A program made the translations under genes and the position numbers. This document shows positions 49,797 to 60,319 of a DNA stretch of 64,000 nucleotides, in pieces. The DNA comes from Octopus sinensis. Taxonomy: Eukaryota. Each line of letters starts with the position of its first letter. Position 1 is the stretch's first letter. The DNA is taken from contig NC_042999.1 of NCBI RefSeq assembly GCF_006345805.1, positions 37,014,001 to 37,078,000 of the forward strand, in the 5' to 3' direction. The notes below the pieces were generated by a model, which made no database searches, was not told the DNA's origin, and saw nothing but the letters and a program-made list of their open reading frames with translations.

Positions 49797-52700
49797 GACG
49801 ATGCTACAAAATTTTTTATTGAATTAAGTTAACAGTAGCATAACTGCAGAATTATATATATATATTAGAGGTTGGTGCATAATTATTGCGTTTTTTTTAA
49901 ATAAATTTTTTTCAACAAAAACAATAACATTTAAAAACATTTTTAAATGATTATTCTGACCAACTGCCAAGCAAATGGGAAGCAGTAATTGAAGTAGATG
50001 GTGAATATGCTCTGGAATAGGTATTTAAAGATGCTTTGATAAATGTTGTTATTGTTTTTGTTGAATAAAATTTATTGAAGAAAAAGCTGCAATAATTATG
50101 CACCAACCTAATATATATAAATATAGGTGCAGACATAGGTGTGCAAACAAGTTCATTTTGGAATTACTTAGTTACAGGTTTGGTCCCTCTGTATGGACAC
50201 TGTTGACAACTATACCTGTGGACTGACAATCCTGTGAGTGAACTTGGTAGAAATGCATTTTACTTACACACACACATGAATGTGACAGTGTGTTGATTGC
50301 AAATGAAAACCTCACTGTTTGTTGCTTGGTATGTTCATTAGATTAAGGGATTACTACATTGCTTGGAAACAGGTGAGGGTTGCTGTTGAGAAAGGAATCT
50401 AACATATGCAAGCATGAAAAAGTAGATGTTAAAATAATGATGATGATGATGATGCACATACATACACACACACATTAAAAGTAAAAGTAGAGTTTTGATG
50501 ATGGGGATTCAGTTATTTGATCAACTGAATTACCTGTTCATTGTATTAATATGCAGGTGACTGAGTATTCCAGATATGTGCACCTTTACCAAAATCTTCA
50601 GGTAGAATTACGATATTGCTGTTATTTTGAATTATATAAATCCATCTGAAAAGTTTCCATCTAGTTTCTATCATGGTACCTCATGATGGCAAAGTGAAAG
50701 TCTTACTAATTCAGCCATGCTGCATCCACACACACAAAGACAAACATTTACACACTTGCATAGTGTAAATAACAACACTGTTTACCTTCACTTATCCATG
50801 TTATATAAATATAGGCCATGATTTAAAAAAAAAACATCGTTACAGAACATGCATAATACAGTGGCCTCCCTTTGCGGTGCAAAAATGTGAGTGTGTGTCA
50901 AGTATTTTGATAGAAAATGGTAGTAATCTTACCTGATTCCTCATCACTAAAATGAATGGTTGGGGCTGCAAGTGAGTCTGGGTTTAATAATTTAATGTCA
51001 TACAGAATGTAATTTGGTTTTTCTAGAGGGGTAAACGGTTTTGTAGGATCACAAGTGTAAGCATCTGCATAGACAATGTGCCATATTTTGGGGTAATAGA
51101 AGTGTGCAATAGTGAGATTTCCAGTCTTGTTTGTGAGTTCATCTGCCAAAGGAAAGATTAAAATAATCAAACAAAAGCAAGAAAAATTTAAAAGCAAACT
51201 TTCAACAACACAAAACCAGATACGTTTATATTCAGACTAGCAGTATCGCCCGGCGTTGCTTGGGTTTGTAAGGGAAATAACTATATGAGCATTTTTAAAG
51301 CTGTAAAGTATAATAGCCATCTCAATATGGCTAACCACAAAGGGGGGGGTGTTACTGTAGCTTTTTACGTTCTGAGATTTAATAATAAATTTTAGAGAGT
51401 TACTTCCCTTATATATGCCAAAAATGCATTAAAAATGGGAAAAATTGATGGTAAATTTTTTTTAAATCGTAGACGCGCGCTAATACCCAGAAGGGCTCGA
51501 TATGAATCACGACTATAAGATACCCGGTTTTGGTTAAACTGCACTGCAAAATGTGGGAGTAGTTAGGAATCTAAATCGTAGGAGACAGACAGCACACAAC
51601 CTCTCTTTTATATATAAAGATGTAATGTTATGTTTCTTTTTTAATATCAGTCAGGTTACAGTTGATTGTGAAAGTTCTACAGAAAATTGACCGCTAACTG
51701 TTGAACAGATAACCCCAACAAGAAAAGGGGCCCCATGACTGATTGGTTAAAGGGAGAAAAAAAAAAAAAAAGGGAAAAGGAAAGAGAAAAGAGAGAATGG
51801 GGTCTTTTTTGCAGCTGTTGAAGTTAATGACACACAGATAAATAAAAAACAAAAAATCCAAAATATTCTCTCCCCATTCAATTCCAGATTTTTTCAGCTA
51901 ACCTACACACATATATAAAAAGGCATAAATTCTCTGCAAAATCAGTTATAATTCTCTGAAATGAGATGAAAGTGCTAAATAAATGATTATCCAAAATTCT
52001 GACTACCTCTTTTTTCTTAATATATAAAATCTGTACACCACTTTAAATACATACAGAGGTATGTTAAATGCTGTTGTTGCTATATATACACACATACACT
52101 ATTTTCAAGAGTGTTGAGCTGGCAGAATCGTTAGCATGCTGGATGAAATGCTTAGTGGCATTTCTTCCAGCTCTTTACATTCTAAGTTCAAATTCTGCTG
52201 AGACTGACTTTGCCTTTGGTCTTTTTGGAGGTCAGTAAAGTAAGTACCAGTCAAGCACTGGGGTTGATACAATCAACTACCCCGCCTCCTCCAAAATTTT
52301 AGGCATTGTGTCAATCGTAGAAAGAATTATTATTATTTTACATTTAGTTCACAATGCAGTTGATTGGATGTCCCAATAATTTCAGTATTTTCCAGCAGCA
52401 TTGCACCCTCCAACAGTATAAAGAGCATCCAAGTTATTTTATATTACATTGCAGTTATTTCCTCTAACTCTGCTGCCATCACATCAAACAACAAAACTCT
52501 CAAACAGCATATATTTTTGTATCATTCCTTGCTGAGAATTTGTTCTTTATTTACATTATCTACATTTGATGGATATTTGTAACCCATCTTGTTTGTTGCT
52601 AACCAATTTTGGCTGATATACCCTCCAGCTTTCATCAAGTGTCTTAGATAAATTTCGAACCTGGGTTCTCAATCCTAAGGTATTTTTCGATATTGTTGTT

Positions 52701-55700
52701 GTTGTTATTATTATTATTCAGGTCACTGCCTGGGATTGAACTTGGAATCTCAGGGTTAGTAGCCTGCTACTACCTTAGGAATCTTGGGGTTAGTAGCCTG
52801 CTACTACCTTAGGAATGAGAACCCAGGTTTGAAATTTCCCCAAGACACCTGATGAAGGCCGGAGGGTGTATCAGCAGAAATGTTGTGTTAACAACAAACA
52901 AAATGAGGGGAAATATCCGTCAAATGTAAACAACGTATATAATTCCTATCTCTTAAATATAGAACTGAATTTGTTCTTTGCTCTTAGTTCCAGTTATCCA
53001 TCATTTTTTCTTATGTTATTGCTTACATAATATGAAACCAATATGGTGCAATGATACTTACATGCGATCCTTGCTTTGTCAAATTTGCTTTGACATGAAG
53101 TATCTAGTGTTGCTTCCTTCCAGTCTTCATTGAGAAAAAGATAAAGTTTAGGTATTGTAGCTCCAGTTTCATTTAGAACATACTTGATCATTGCTGATTC
53201 CCCTGAAAATTTCAGAAATAGATGGTCACAATTTATTTCATCTGTAACACTTAAATGTAATAGGGAAGAAATCTGAAACAATAAATGTCAAGCAAATTAT
53301 TCTTCACAAGTTCATACCAGTGGCATAGCTAGTTAGAATCTGTGTCCTGTGATTTTGTCCCCTGTGCAAGTTTATACAGCGGACCCAAAAGTGTTGTCCC
53401 CATTAAAGTGTCACCTAGAGCATTCTACCCATAATAATTCCTGACTTTGTACATCTAGGATTGCCTTGGCCGGTGTGTCTTACCATTTTTTAAAACAGTA
53501 AGGTGTGATTTGAGGGAGATATGGTAGCTATGCAATTGATTCATACCAGATATACAGTTGAAAAAAAAAAGAAAAAAGTTAAACATTGTTTCTGTAAATA
53601 TATTTATCTAACCCATGCTGTCATTGAAAAATGGATGTAAAAATGAATGAACGAATAAATATGTCGTATATCTTAAAAGATTTTACATATAGATTTCCTT
53701 GTTGCAGTCACCTTTTGCCATTTAAACTAGCCATATATGGCCCCAAATTTTCAACCTGTTTAATGTTCAAACTGGCCAGATATAGCCTCTCGTACCTACA
53801 ATTAAAAAAAACATAAACAATCACATCAATGAAATCTCAAAACTACAAAGATAATGTATAATTATTTCAAGGATCAGTCCTCAGACCCCTCCTATTCACC
53901 AAGTCCTCCAGGCAATAACAGGAATTCAAGACAGGATGCCCCTGGGAGCTCCTCTATACTGATGACCTTGCTTTAATTGCTGAGTCACTATCAGAAGTAG
54001 AGGAGAAGTTTCAGGCATGGAAACAAGGGCCTTAGGGTCAACCTAGCTAAAACCAAAGTCTAATAAGTAGGAAGGCAGACAAACCACAAATCCCTTCAGG
54101 TAGATGGCCCTGATCGATCTGTAGAAAAGGCGTAGGTAGAAACTCTATAAGATGTACCCAGTGTAAGCTATGGACACATAAGAGGTGCAGCAATATCAAA
54201 GGAAGGCTAACTAGTTTTTGTATGTGGCAGATGCTCAGGAGCAATAAACACTGAAAATGTGCAGAGAACAACTTCCGCCACATTCCAGGGAGAAAAACTA
54301 GTAGTAGTTGATAGCTTCTGTTACCTAGGTGATCAAGTCAGTGGTGGGGGTGCGCTGAAAGTGTAGCTGCTAGAATAAGAATAGCCTGGGCAAAGTTCAG
54401 AGAACTCTTACCTCTGCTAGTGACAAAGGGCCTCTTGCTCAGAGTAAAAGGTTGACTGTATGACGCATGTGTATGAACAGTCATGCTACATGGCAGTGAA
54501 ACATGGGCCGCGACTGCTGAGGACATGCATAAGCTTGCAAGGAATGAAGCCAGTATTCTCCGATGGATGTGTAATGTCAGTGTGCATACTCGACAGAGTG
54601 TAAGTACCTTGAGATAAAAGTTGGACCTAAGAAGCATCAGATGTGGTGTGCAAGAGAGATGACTGCGCTGGTATGGTCATGTGGTGTGAATGGATGAGGA
54701 CAGCTGTGTGAAAAAGTGCCACACCCTAGCGGTTGAGGGGAACCTGTGGAAGAGGTAGACTCAGGAAGACCTGGGATGAGGTGGTGAAACACAACCTTCG
54801 AACATTAGGCCTCACTGATTAGTGACTGAGACCTTTGGAAATATGCAGTGCTTGAGAAGACCCGGCAAGCCAAGTGAGACCATAACCCGTGGCCTATGCC
54901 AGTGGGTATAACCAGCCCACTTATGCGTACCTTTCCTTCAGTGGATACTAAACTCTGCTTGCGAACATCTGTTGAGGATAGTGAAATCAAAATCAAATCA
55001 AATTCGCAAATTCGATGACCAGCATCTGTGGCAGTGGAGCGCTAAGAGCACCATCCAAGCGTGATCGCTGCCAGAGTAGCTGACTGGCTTCGGTGCCGGT
55101 GGCAAATAAAAAGCACCATTCAAACGTGATCATTACCAGCATTGCCTTACTGGCACTTGTGCCGGTGGCACATGGAAAACATTCGAGTAAGGTCGTTGCC
55201 AGTTCTGCTTGACTGGTCCTCGTGCCGGTGGCACATAAAAGCACCCACTACACTCTCGGAGTGGTTGGCATTAGGAAGGGCATCCAGCTGTAGAAATTCT
55301 GCCAGATCAAGATTGGAGCCTGGTGCAGCCATCTGGTTCACCAGCCCTCAGTCAAATCGTCCGACCCATGCTAGCATGGAAAGCGGATGTTAAACGATTA
55401 TGATGATGATTCAAATAATGGATATTTCAAAAGAATACCAGGCTCAGTTTACCAGCTGATGATCAGAAATGAGTAACACTGAATACTGGAAACTGGAGCC
55501 TTTCAGTTATAATGTATTAAAGAATACCTTAAACTTGAATTGAGTCCTGTAATTTATATTGCTCCTGGTGAATCAAGAAATTCATATACACACACCCTAC
55601 AATATTTGTTTGCTTTACAATTGTTATATTGTGCTATGGTAAAGTGCACATGAAACCAGTGAAAAGAATTATATTTTTTTATAGGCTTTTGACTATAGCC

Positions 55701-58700
55701 AAGTAGTTTGTATACCACTACTTTTATTCTGGGTTAACTATTGTTGATTTGTGTCAGCTACAATTGGTCCACGAAAGGGTTTGTAGTTAAATTAAACAAG
55801 TTCTAATGCTATGAGATGTGAAGAAGTGAATTATTCAGGTGTCTTGCTCTTCATCTAAATGTGAAAGAGAGAGAGATAAAGTATTGTCGCTTTGGTGAGC
55901 TAGCAAGATAGCATGATTGTAGAGCCTGCAAGAAATAGTTGCTAAACCGCCCTCAAATCACACTGAATCATATTCACATTAAGGAAGGACGATGTAGTCC
56001 TAGATATCCCTGAAAAGATTAGATGGTCCTGGCTGGAGTGCCCAATTGTGGAGTGGACCAATTGTAGCTGACACAAATCAACAATAGTTACCTCAGATTT
56101 CACCCTAGGTGTTGAAGTTGAGAGTAATACCATAGGTTTTTTAATCTATCAGGTTTGTCCTACATATTTGTTGAAGCATTGAAGCAGAGAACCATTCCTT
56201 GTTATACACAGCTACTATAAATGTTGGAATATTAGCTTAACCCTGTTTATTAACTATTTCATTGTTGTTGTTTAGAGATCCAGGTCAACTTCAGGCATGG
56301 AGTATCTATGACTTCTATCATCATTTAACATTTGCTTTCCATGCTGGTATGGATTGAATGATTTGACAGGAGCTGTTGAGCTAGCTATGTCATGGTTTCT
56401 ATGTCTGGATACCCATCCTAATACCAACCACATTACAGAGTGTACTGGGTGCTTTTTATGTTGTACCAGTACCAGTAAGATCACTAAGTAACTTGAAATA
56501 CAAGACTCCTCAACTGAGATGTTGTGAGTAATATTGTGGGAGATATGAATGATGACAGTTGAATACATATGAATGAAAACAGTTGCATCAAGAGGTTCCA
56601 ATCTCTAACTGTGGAGGGAACATGTGGAAGGGGTAGACCTAAGAAGATGCAGGATGAAGGGGTGAGAAAGGATCTTCAGACGTTGGGATTCACAGAGGAG
56701 ATAACAGGGGACCGAGACTCCTGGCAGTTTGCTGTACTTGAGAATACACATCAAGCTAAGTAAAAGCTTGGCTGTCCTTGCATACATATTTCTTTACTAC
56801 CCACAAGAGGCTAAACACAGAGAGGACAAACAAGGACAGACACACGGAGTAAGTCGATTATATCGACCCCAGTGCGTAACTGGTACTTATTTAATCGACT
56901 CCGAAAGGATGAAAGGCAAAGTCGACCTTGGCGGAATTTGAACTCAGAACGTAACGGCAGACGAAATATGGCTACGCATTTCGCCCGGCATGCTAACGTT
57001 TCTGCCAGCTTGCCACCTTGCATACACCCATGTCTCCTGCATCCTTCTCCAGCTGAGTGTTCCTAATTTTGCAAGCTCGTGGATGCAGGTGCCATATAAA
57101 TGCACCTGTGCCAATGCTGTGTAAAAGCAGCCAGTACACTCTGTAAAGTGTTTGGCATTAGAAAGGGCATCTGGCTGTAGAAACTATGCCAAAACTGACA
57201 TGGTGCTTGGGCAGCTCTTCAGCCAGCCAGCTTCTGTTAAACTGTCCAACCCAGCATGGAAAACAGATGTTAAATGATGATGATGGTGATGATGTGGCTT
57301 TGTGGCAGCTTATGAGAAGTAACTGTATGACAGAAGAATAAAAACAAGTGTCTTGCAGTAGAGAAAAGACATGGCACTTGAGCTGGAAAAACAGAGAAGA
57401 GAGGATTTTTTTTGAAGCCGATAAGGGAGATTTGACAGCTATTTGTAACCAACTGTTTAGCCCTAGGTTGGCACTGATTGAGCAGAGCTATGGTCAAAGG
57501 TATTCCTACCATGACCATCCCTATGTTTAGTTTGATTTAGTTCAGTGATAATGTTTTAAGACTATACTACGTAATGTGTCCTTCCTTTTCAAGACAAAAG
57601 GATGACTTTTTCTAATAGCTGGGGGACACATATAAGAGATTGTCAAATGACACCCACCAACAGGTTTCCTTGTTGGCTCATTTAGTAGTTGTTTAACTCT
57701 AGGTAAGACCTAAAATCAGAGACATTCCAATAGTGACAATTATGTTAGAAGTATGGAGGAGTACTACATCCCCTATGAATTTTCTTTACTGAAGATGGTA
57801 AACTGTGTAGTTGCTGCTATTCAAGTAATTACATAAAAGTTCTTTTGTTGGGCAGCTGTTTTTAAACCCAAGTTAACTCTGATAGAACTTATCAGTGACC
57901 AAATGTATTCCACTCATTGCTATCCATCTTTTTATGGATATCTAAGACTTATTTATCCAATGTAATTTTGCTTTTCTCAAGACAATAGTATGTAAGGGAT
58001 TTGAAAAAGATTTAGTTGTTATTTCTAGCAAATTGAATGACTCCTTTACTGATTTTTTTCTTTTACTTTTTCAGTCGTTGGACTGTGGCTATCTGGGCAC
58101 CACCATGAGAGGTGTAGTTGAACAAATGAACTTCAGAACAATTTCTTTTAAAATCTGGTACTTATACTATCAGTCGCTTTTGCTTGAGCTGCTAAGATAC
58201 AGGGGTAGTCAAGGGTTGAGGGTATAAACATTTAGTTTTTGATAGGGTTCTTTCGGTTTCAGTCTACCAAAACCACTCACTAGGCTTTGGTCAGCCCAAG
58301 GTGTCACACACTGAGACTGAACCCAAGACCATGTGGTCGGGAAGCTAACTTCATAACTACACAGCCAAGCTTGCACCTGCCTGTAATTTACTTGTTCGTT
58401 AGCTCCAGATCAGCCATAAGAAAGTATTGCTCTCATATCTGGGGTGGCAGTTCTGCTGCACACACAATCCTAGACTGCAACCAGAGAAGAGCCACTAAAC
58501 TAATTGGCATAAAGTCACTTAAGCTCCTTGGAACTTTCTGGGCTTGTGCTACTTCCACTCAGGCACCCTTGACTCACTCGTCAACCCTTTCATTAGCCTC
58601 GTTGTGTCCAATTTCCCAGGCCTTGCACTAATCATTACACTTGGTCCTCTTTTTTTCCTAGAATATCAACCTATGCACAAACCTGGAAAGGGATGGATTC

Positions 58701-60319
58701 CACAAGCTTTAAAATGTCCCCAAAACACTCAATTGTCATGACAGCGATCCCATGACCCCACCAGGAGTTGAGAGCCCAAGGAAGAAAGTGTCTCTGTATG
58801 ACTCGAATAAGTTTTTCCGACCAGCCATTGTGTTGAAACTTAAAGTCTCAATCAACTTCGTCTTTACAGAAGTTTTCCCGAAGAATTACCATTGATATTA
58901 CACAAACATGCTGTATATTTCAAAGGTTTGGGAACAGGGATTGCAAGCGCACCCCCTAAATTTTTACGGGACAATGAAAACTCTTTGAACAATCCTCGTG
59001 AAAAATTGAGTTTGCACCCCCTAAGCAAATTTCGTTCCTGCACTTATGGTATATCTATTTTCTAAATTAGAAACTAGTCAAATTTTCTTCAAGATTAGTT
59101 TTTGCTTTTTGAAAACGATAGACCAATAATAATAGAAAATAAAGACTATTTGTTCACATAGATGCAAAATCGAATATCTATAGAAGCTGGTTGCGGGAGT
59201 ATTTTCAAAGACATGTTGATGCGTCATGAACAAAATAATTGGTATCTTCGGCCAACATTTATCAGGATATCTTTATGCTTAAATGATAAACAAACCAAGG
59301 AGAGAATATATATATATGGTTGCTCAGACTGTTAGAAATAGTTGCCACATTTCCCTCAAATCACACTTTACTGTGTTACATAAATGGAAGGACACATTGG
59401 ACGAGGCAGTCCTAGACATACGAAAGTCAGGAATTATTTACGGCTAGAATGCTTTTGATCAACAACACAATATAATTTTTGCTTCTGGTTGGATTTTTTT
59501 TTTCATACAAACACAAATAAATTTCTATCAAATATCAAGCACTAAGATTATGCATCGAACACGTATCTTAGCAAAATTTCATTTAAAACTTATTCATCAC
59601 AAAGAAAGTTTAAGAAACAAAGTCAGGGGTGGAGTGGGGTATCAAACTGTAGTTATATCACTGTATTCTTTTGCTTTTGATAAGGAAAAAAATATTTAAA
59701 GTAAGGGAAGAAAAAACGCTTCGTTAATCAAATTTCTATACTTAAAATAAATTTTCTTTCCCAAAGCATTAAGTAATGGACTTTTGTTCACACTGAACAA
59801 AACATCGAATGCAATTTATATAATGATTCGCTGACATTCTTTTTAACAAACCACTAATTTTATATTATAGAGGAAGTCCTCAGCCTGTTAAATATTTCAC
59901 TGTGGGTAACAAATATCAACACAAGGAAATGCCGATCTATATTATGATCACTCGAAGTCTGAAAACACCTACATTTCTTGACGCAGTATGTTTTGCATAA
60001 TCGTTAATAATAACCAGTTTTTCAGCTTTTATTTTCATAGAAGTTTTTGTTTATGTGTGCGTGCGCGCGTGACTGTTTGTGTGAGAGAGAAAGTATTGAT
60101 GTAATTTATAAATATTAATGGATAAAAACCGAAGAAAAAAATAAACTAACCGTGAAAACTAAAAGCTGTTAGGTATTGCCCGAAATCCTTTCGGGCTTCA
60201 TCTGTCTTGAGCACACCTTTGATAGTCTTGCCTTCACATGATGAATAATAAAATACGTGAAGAATCAAAGATAAAAGTAAATATCCACTGTAAATACTTG
60301 ACAACTGCAGGCCGGTCAT
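31070..60319 (-). CDS. GPR180: GPR180 / intimal thickness-related receptor (GOST-family 7TM protein), complete, 442 aa; complement(join(31070..31225,33280..33357,35586..35777,40162..40313,45183..45232,48474..48654,50933..51142,53062..53202,60151..60319))
   Basis: Nine GT-AG exons sum to 1329 nt with consistent phases. Signal peptide followed by KTIKG...FSFHG; motifs LLNPD...HFSDEESG, KGGPM, YAKDG.G.PF, ERSALKREFY.TF.K and LF.SRSLYWEVS match recalled GPR180 sequence. Confidence 0.95.
31361..31580 (-). mobile_element. Probable Penelope-like pLTR remnant
   Basis: AATAAAGCATATTACTCTACC on - strand and CAGCCGAAA motif shared with the 52.8 kb element; assignment uncertain. Confidence 0.35.
31747..31930 (+). 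mobile_element. Penelope-like terminal repeat with hammerhead-like motif (copy 1)
   Basis: Homologous along its length to 34787-34968; ends in a (TA)/(CA) run. Confidence 0.6.
31801..31837 (+). ncRNA. Minimal type I hammerhead-like fold, core CUGUAGA
   Basis: Stem I CTTT/AAAG; stem II GAGT/GTTC with two G-U pairs; GAAACGTA. Confidence 0.4.
33280..33357 (-). CDS. GPR180: GPR180 exon 8: SCMLWFLCYPVLVLFSWMLTEYLRYK
   Basis: CTCCTAG acceptor, GTATTT donor; 78 bp. Confidence 0.95.
34787..34968 (+). mobile_element. Penelope-like terminal repeat with hammerhead-like motif (copy 2)
   Basis: GATAGATCGTTAGCCACTACAC...GAAGAGCGTAGGCTCGAAACGTAAAAGAC...CCCTTTATATAT. Confidence 0.6.
34833..34870 (+). ncRNA. 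Minimal type I hammerhead-like fold with non-canonical core CUGUCGA
   Basis: Stem I TCTTT/AAAGA; core CTGTCGA-A; stem II GAGC-gtag-GCTC; GAA; palindromic ACGT stem III; predicted GUA cleavage after 34865. Confidence 0.5.
35586..35777 (-). CDS. GPR180: GPR180 exon 7: SILYIWEQYLDKEHRMYYAHRTNAGIGLVFLRILLAAIFAWNLRATVKSERSALKREFYATFTK
   Basis: CTCTAG acceptor, GTAAGT donor; 192 bp. Confidence 0.96.
36191..36528 (+). mobile_element. CR1-group LINE 3' end
   Basis: GHIYKVRKQHSSHDFRKHFFTLRVAEAWNKLPASVV; (ATT)n tail. Confidence 0.75.
37191..37593 (+). mobile_element. SINE family A, full length
   Basis: Consensus head to tail. Confidence 0.88.
37793..38243 (-). mobile_element. SINE family B head-to-tail multimer
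   Basis: One partly duplicated head (38243-38175) followed by two body/tail units. Confidence 0.8.
38395..40119. mobile_element. Cluster of RTE LINE 3' fragments in alternating orientation (38395-38570 +, 38573-39345 -, 39352-39645 +, 39745-40119 -)
   Basis: ORF 38985-39317 (-) CGVQERRLRWYGHV..MDEERCVKKC....VEG.RGRGRPRKTW is RTE ORF2 C-terminus; (CAT)n/(GAT)n tails. Confidence 0.85.
40162..40313 (-). CDS. GPR180: GPR180 exon 6: VDVISQFTMLYMLLCLSLGWTLTSPYKSSPIETIKKKPAAKFVGLLCVLQ
   Basis: TTTTTAG acceptor, GTAAAT donor; 152 bp. Confidence 0.95.
41166..41383. mobile_element. piggyBac-type MITE (same family as 2786-3005); inverted truncated sister at ~41481-41677
   Basis: TTAA-CCCTTTAG ... CTAAAGGG-TTAA. 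Confidence 0.8.
42287..42432 (-). mobile_element. SINE family A 3' tail fragment
   Basis: Near-identical to 1111-1262. Confidence 0.8.
42986..43584. mobile_element. 599 bp foldback MITE (Merlin- or Mutator-like), ~275 bp arms, loop with TTAGGG repeats
   Basis: Perfect 8 bp TSD ATACTTAG (42978-42985, 43585-43592); termini GGATCTTTACCTTTTGACCGACAG / CTGTCGGTCAAAAGGTAAAGATCC. Confidence 0.88.
44385..44615 (+). mobile_element. SINE family B, full length
   Basis: Consensus match. Confidence 0.85.
45183..45232 (-). CDS. GPR180: GPR180 exon 5: YAKDGFGFPFCELLAE
   Basis: CTTCTGTAG acceptor, GTAAAT donor; 50 bp, phase 2-1. Confidence 0.94.
45500..45902 (+). mobile_element. CR1-group LINE 3' end
   Basis: SNTRGHIYKVRK..SHDFRKHFFTLRVAEAWNKLPTSVVSCRSTASFK; (ATT)n tail; homologous to 36191-36528. 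Confidence 0.8.
46283..46495 (+). mobile_element. SINE family B subfamily with a different tail
   Basis: Head and core match; tail like the 52115-52328 copy. Confidence 0.75.
46667..47000 (-). mobile_element. SINE family A, diverged
   Basis: Consensus match. Confidence 0.75.
47231..47594 (-). mobile_element. Young full-length tRNA-derived SINE (family D) with 12 bp TSD
   Basis: Head GTGGAGGCGCAATGGCCCAGTGG...GGTTTCGATTCC (A/B boxes); TSD GGACTGCTATAT at 47219-47230 and 47596-47607. Confidence 0.85.
48474..48654 (-). CDS. GPR180: GPR180 exon 4: LLGFYQLLTLCYFVIGCIFWPRLWQTLSKGGPMQLVIQLLTASTALQSLASFLMMVHLL(R)
   Basis: TTTCCAG acceptor, GTAAGG donor; 181 bp. Confidence 0.95.
49215..49425 (+). 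mobile_element. RTE LINE 3'UTR fragment
   Basis: GTGCGGGTGGCACGTAAAAAGCACC, GGAAGGGCATCCAGCC, (GAT)n tail. Confidence 0.8.
49865..50111. mobile_element. Mariner-derived MITE (~250 bp)
   Basis: TA TSD; TIR TTAG(A)GGTTGGTGCATAATTATTGC / GCAATAATTATGCACCAACCTAA; internal LPSKWEAVIEVDGEY resembles a mariner transposase C-terminus. Confidence 0.8.
50933..51142 (-). CDS. GPR180: GPR180 exon 3: ELTNKTGNLTIAHFYYPKIWHIVYADAYTC...IKLLNPDSLAAPTIHFSDEES(G)
   Basis: GGCAG acceptor, GTAAGA donor; 210 bp. Confidence 0.94.
51237..51620 (-). mobile_element. Short non-autonomous Helitron (384 bp)
   Basis: A^TCTTTATATATAAAAG ... CCCAAGCAACGCCGGG-CGATACTG-CTAG^T; 3' end shared with the 23257 element. Confidence 0.85.
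52115..52328 (+). mobile_element. SINE family B subfamily, diverged
   Basis: GAGCTGGCAGAATCGTTAGC head and core. Confidence 0.7.
52650..52965 (+). mobile_element. Penelope-like pLTR remnant with inverted partial copy and degenerate hammerhead
   Basis: 33 bp inverted repeat (52651-52683 vs 52805-52837); short tandem duplication at ~52744-52815; GACAC-CTGATGA-A-GGCCG..CAGCA-GAAA-TGTT-GTGTT. Confidence 0.6.
52844..52889 (+). ncRNA. Degenerate minimal type I hammerhead motif
   Basis: Canonical CTGATGA and GAAA; stem I GACAC/GTGTT; stem II has two mismatches; stem III ATGT rather than ACGT. Confidence 0.45.
53062..53202 (-). CDS. GPR180: GPR180 exon 2: ESAMIKYVLNETGATIPKLYLFLNEDWKEATLDTSCQSKFDKARIA
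   Basis: TTTTCAG acceptor, GTAAGT donor; 141 bp, phase 1-1. Confidence 0.9.
53868..55410 (+). mobile_element. 5'-truncated RTE-clade LINE (RT domain, C-terminus and full 3'UTR), frameshifted
   Basis: QGSVLRPLLF, TGCPWELLYTDDL (YADD motif), RVNLAKTKV, VDSFCYLG, AWAKFREL, CGVQER.LRWYGHV; (GAT)n tail. Confidence 0.92.
56555..57295 (+). mobile_element. RTE LINE 3' fragment interrupted by a family B SINE (56787-57015, - strand)
   Basis: [12 protein letters not shown]; CCTTGCATACA duplicated at 56776-56786 and 57016-57026; continuation aligns with the 5885-6330 copy. Confidence 0.8.
58065..58380 (-). mobile_element. SINE family A, diverged
   Basis: Consensus fragments. Confidence 0.65.
58400..58760 (+). 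mobile_element. Decayed Jockey/I-group LINE 3' coding fragment
   Basis: RSAIRKYCSHIWGG....ILDCNQRRATKLI resembles RP.MEYCSH.W......LD..QRRA.RLI. Confidence 0.55.
60151..60319 (-). CDS. GPR180: GPR180 exon 1: MTGLQLSSIYSGYLLLSLILHVFYYSSCEG-KTIKGVLKTDEARKDFGQYLTAFSFH(G)
   Basis: ATG at 60319; hydrophobic signal peptide; donor GTTAGT at 60150; 169 bp. Confidence 0.9.

Noticed and set aside
55456-55469. CTGATGATCAGAAA
   Set aside because: No room for stem II and no stem I or III; chance match.
58935-59050. Possible hAT-like MITE (two GCACCCCCTAA motifs)
   Set aside because: Could not find matching TIRs or a TSD.
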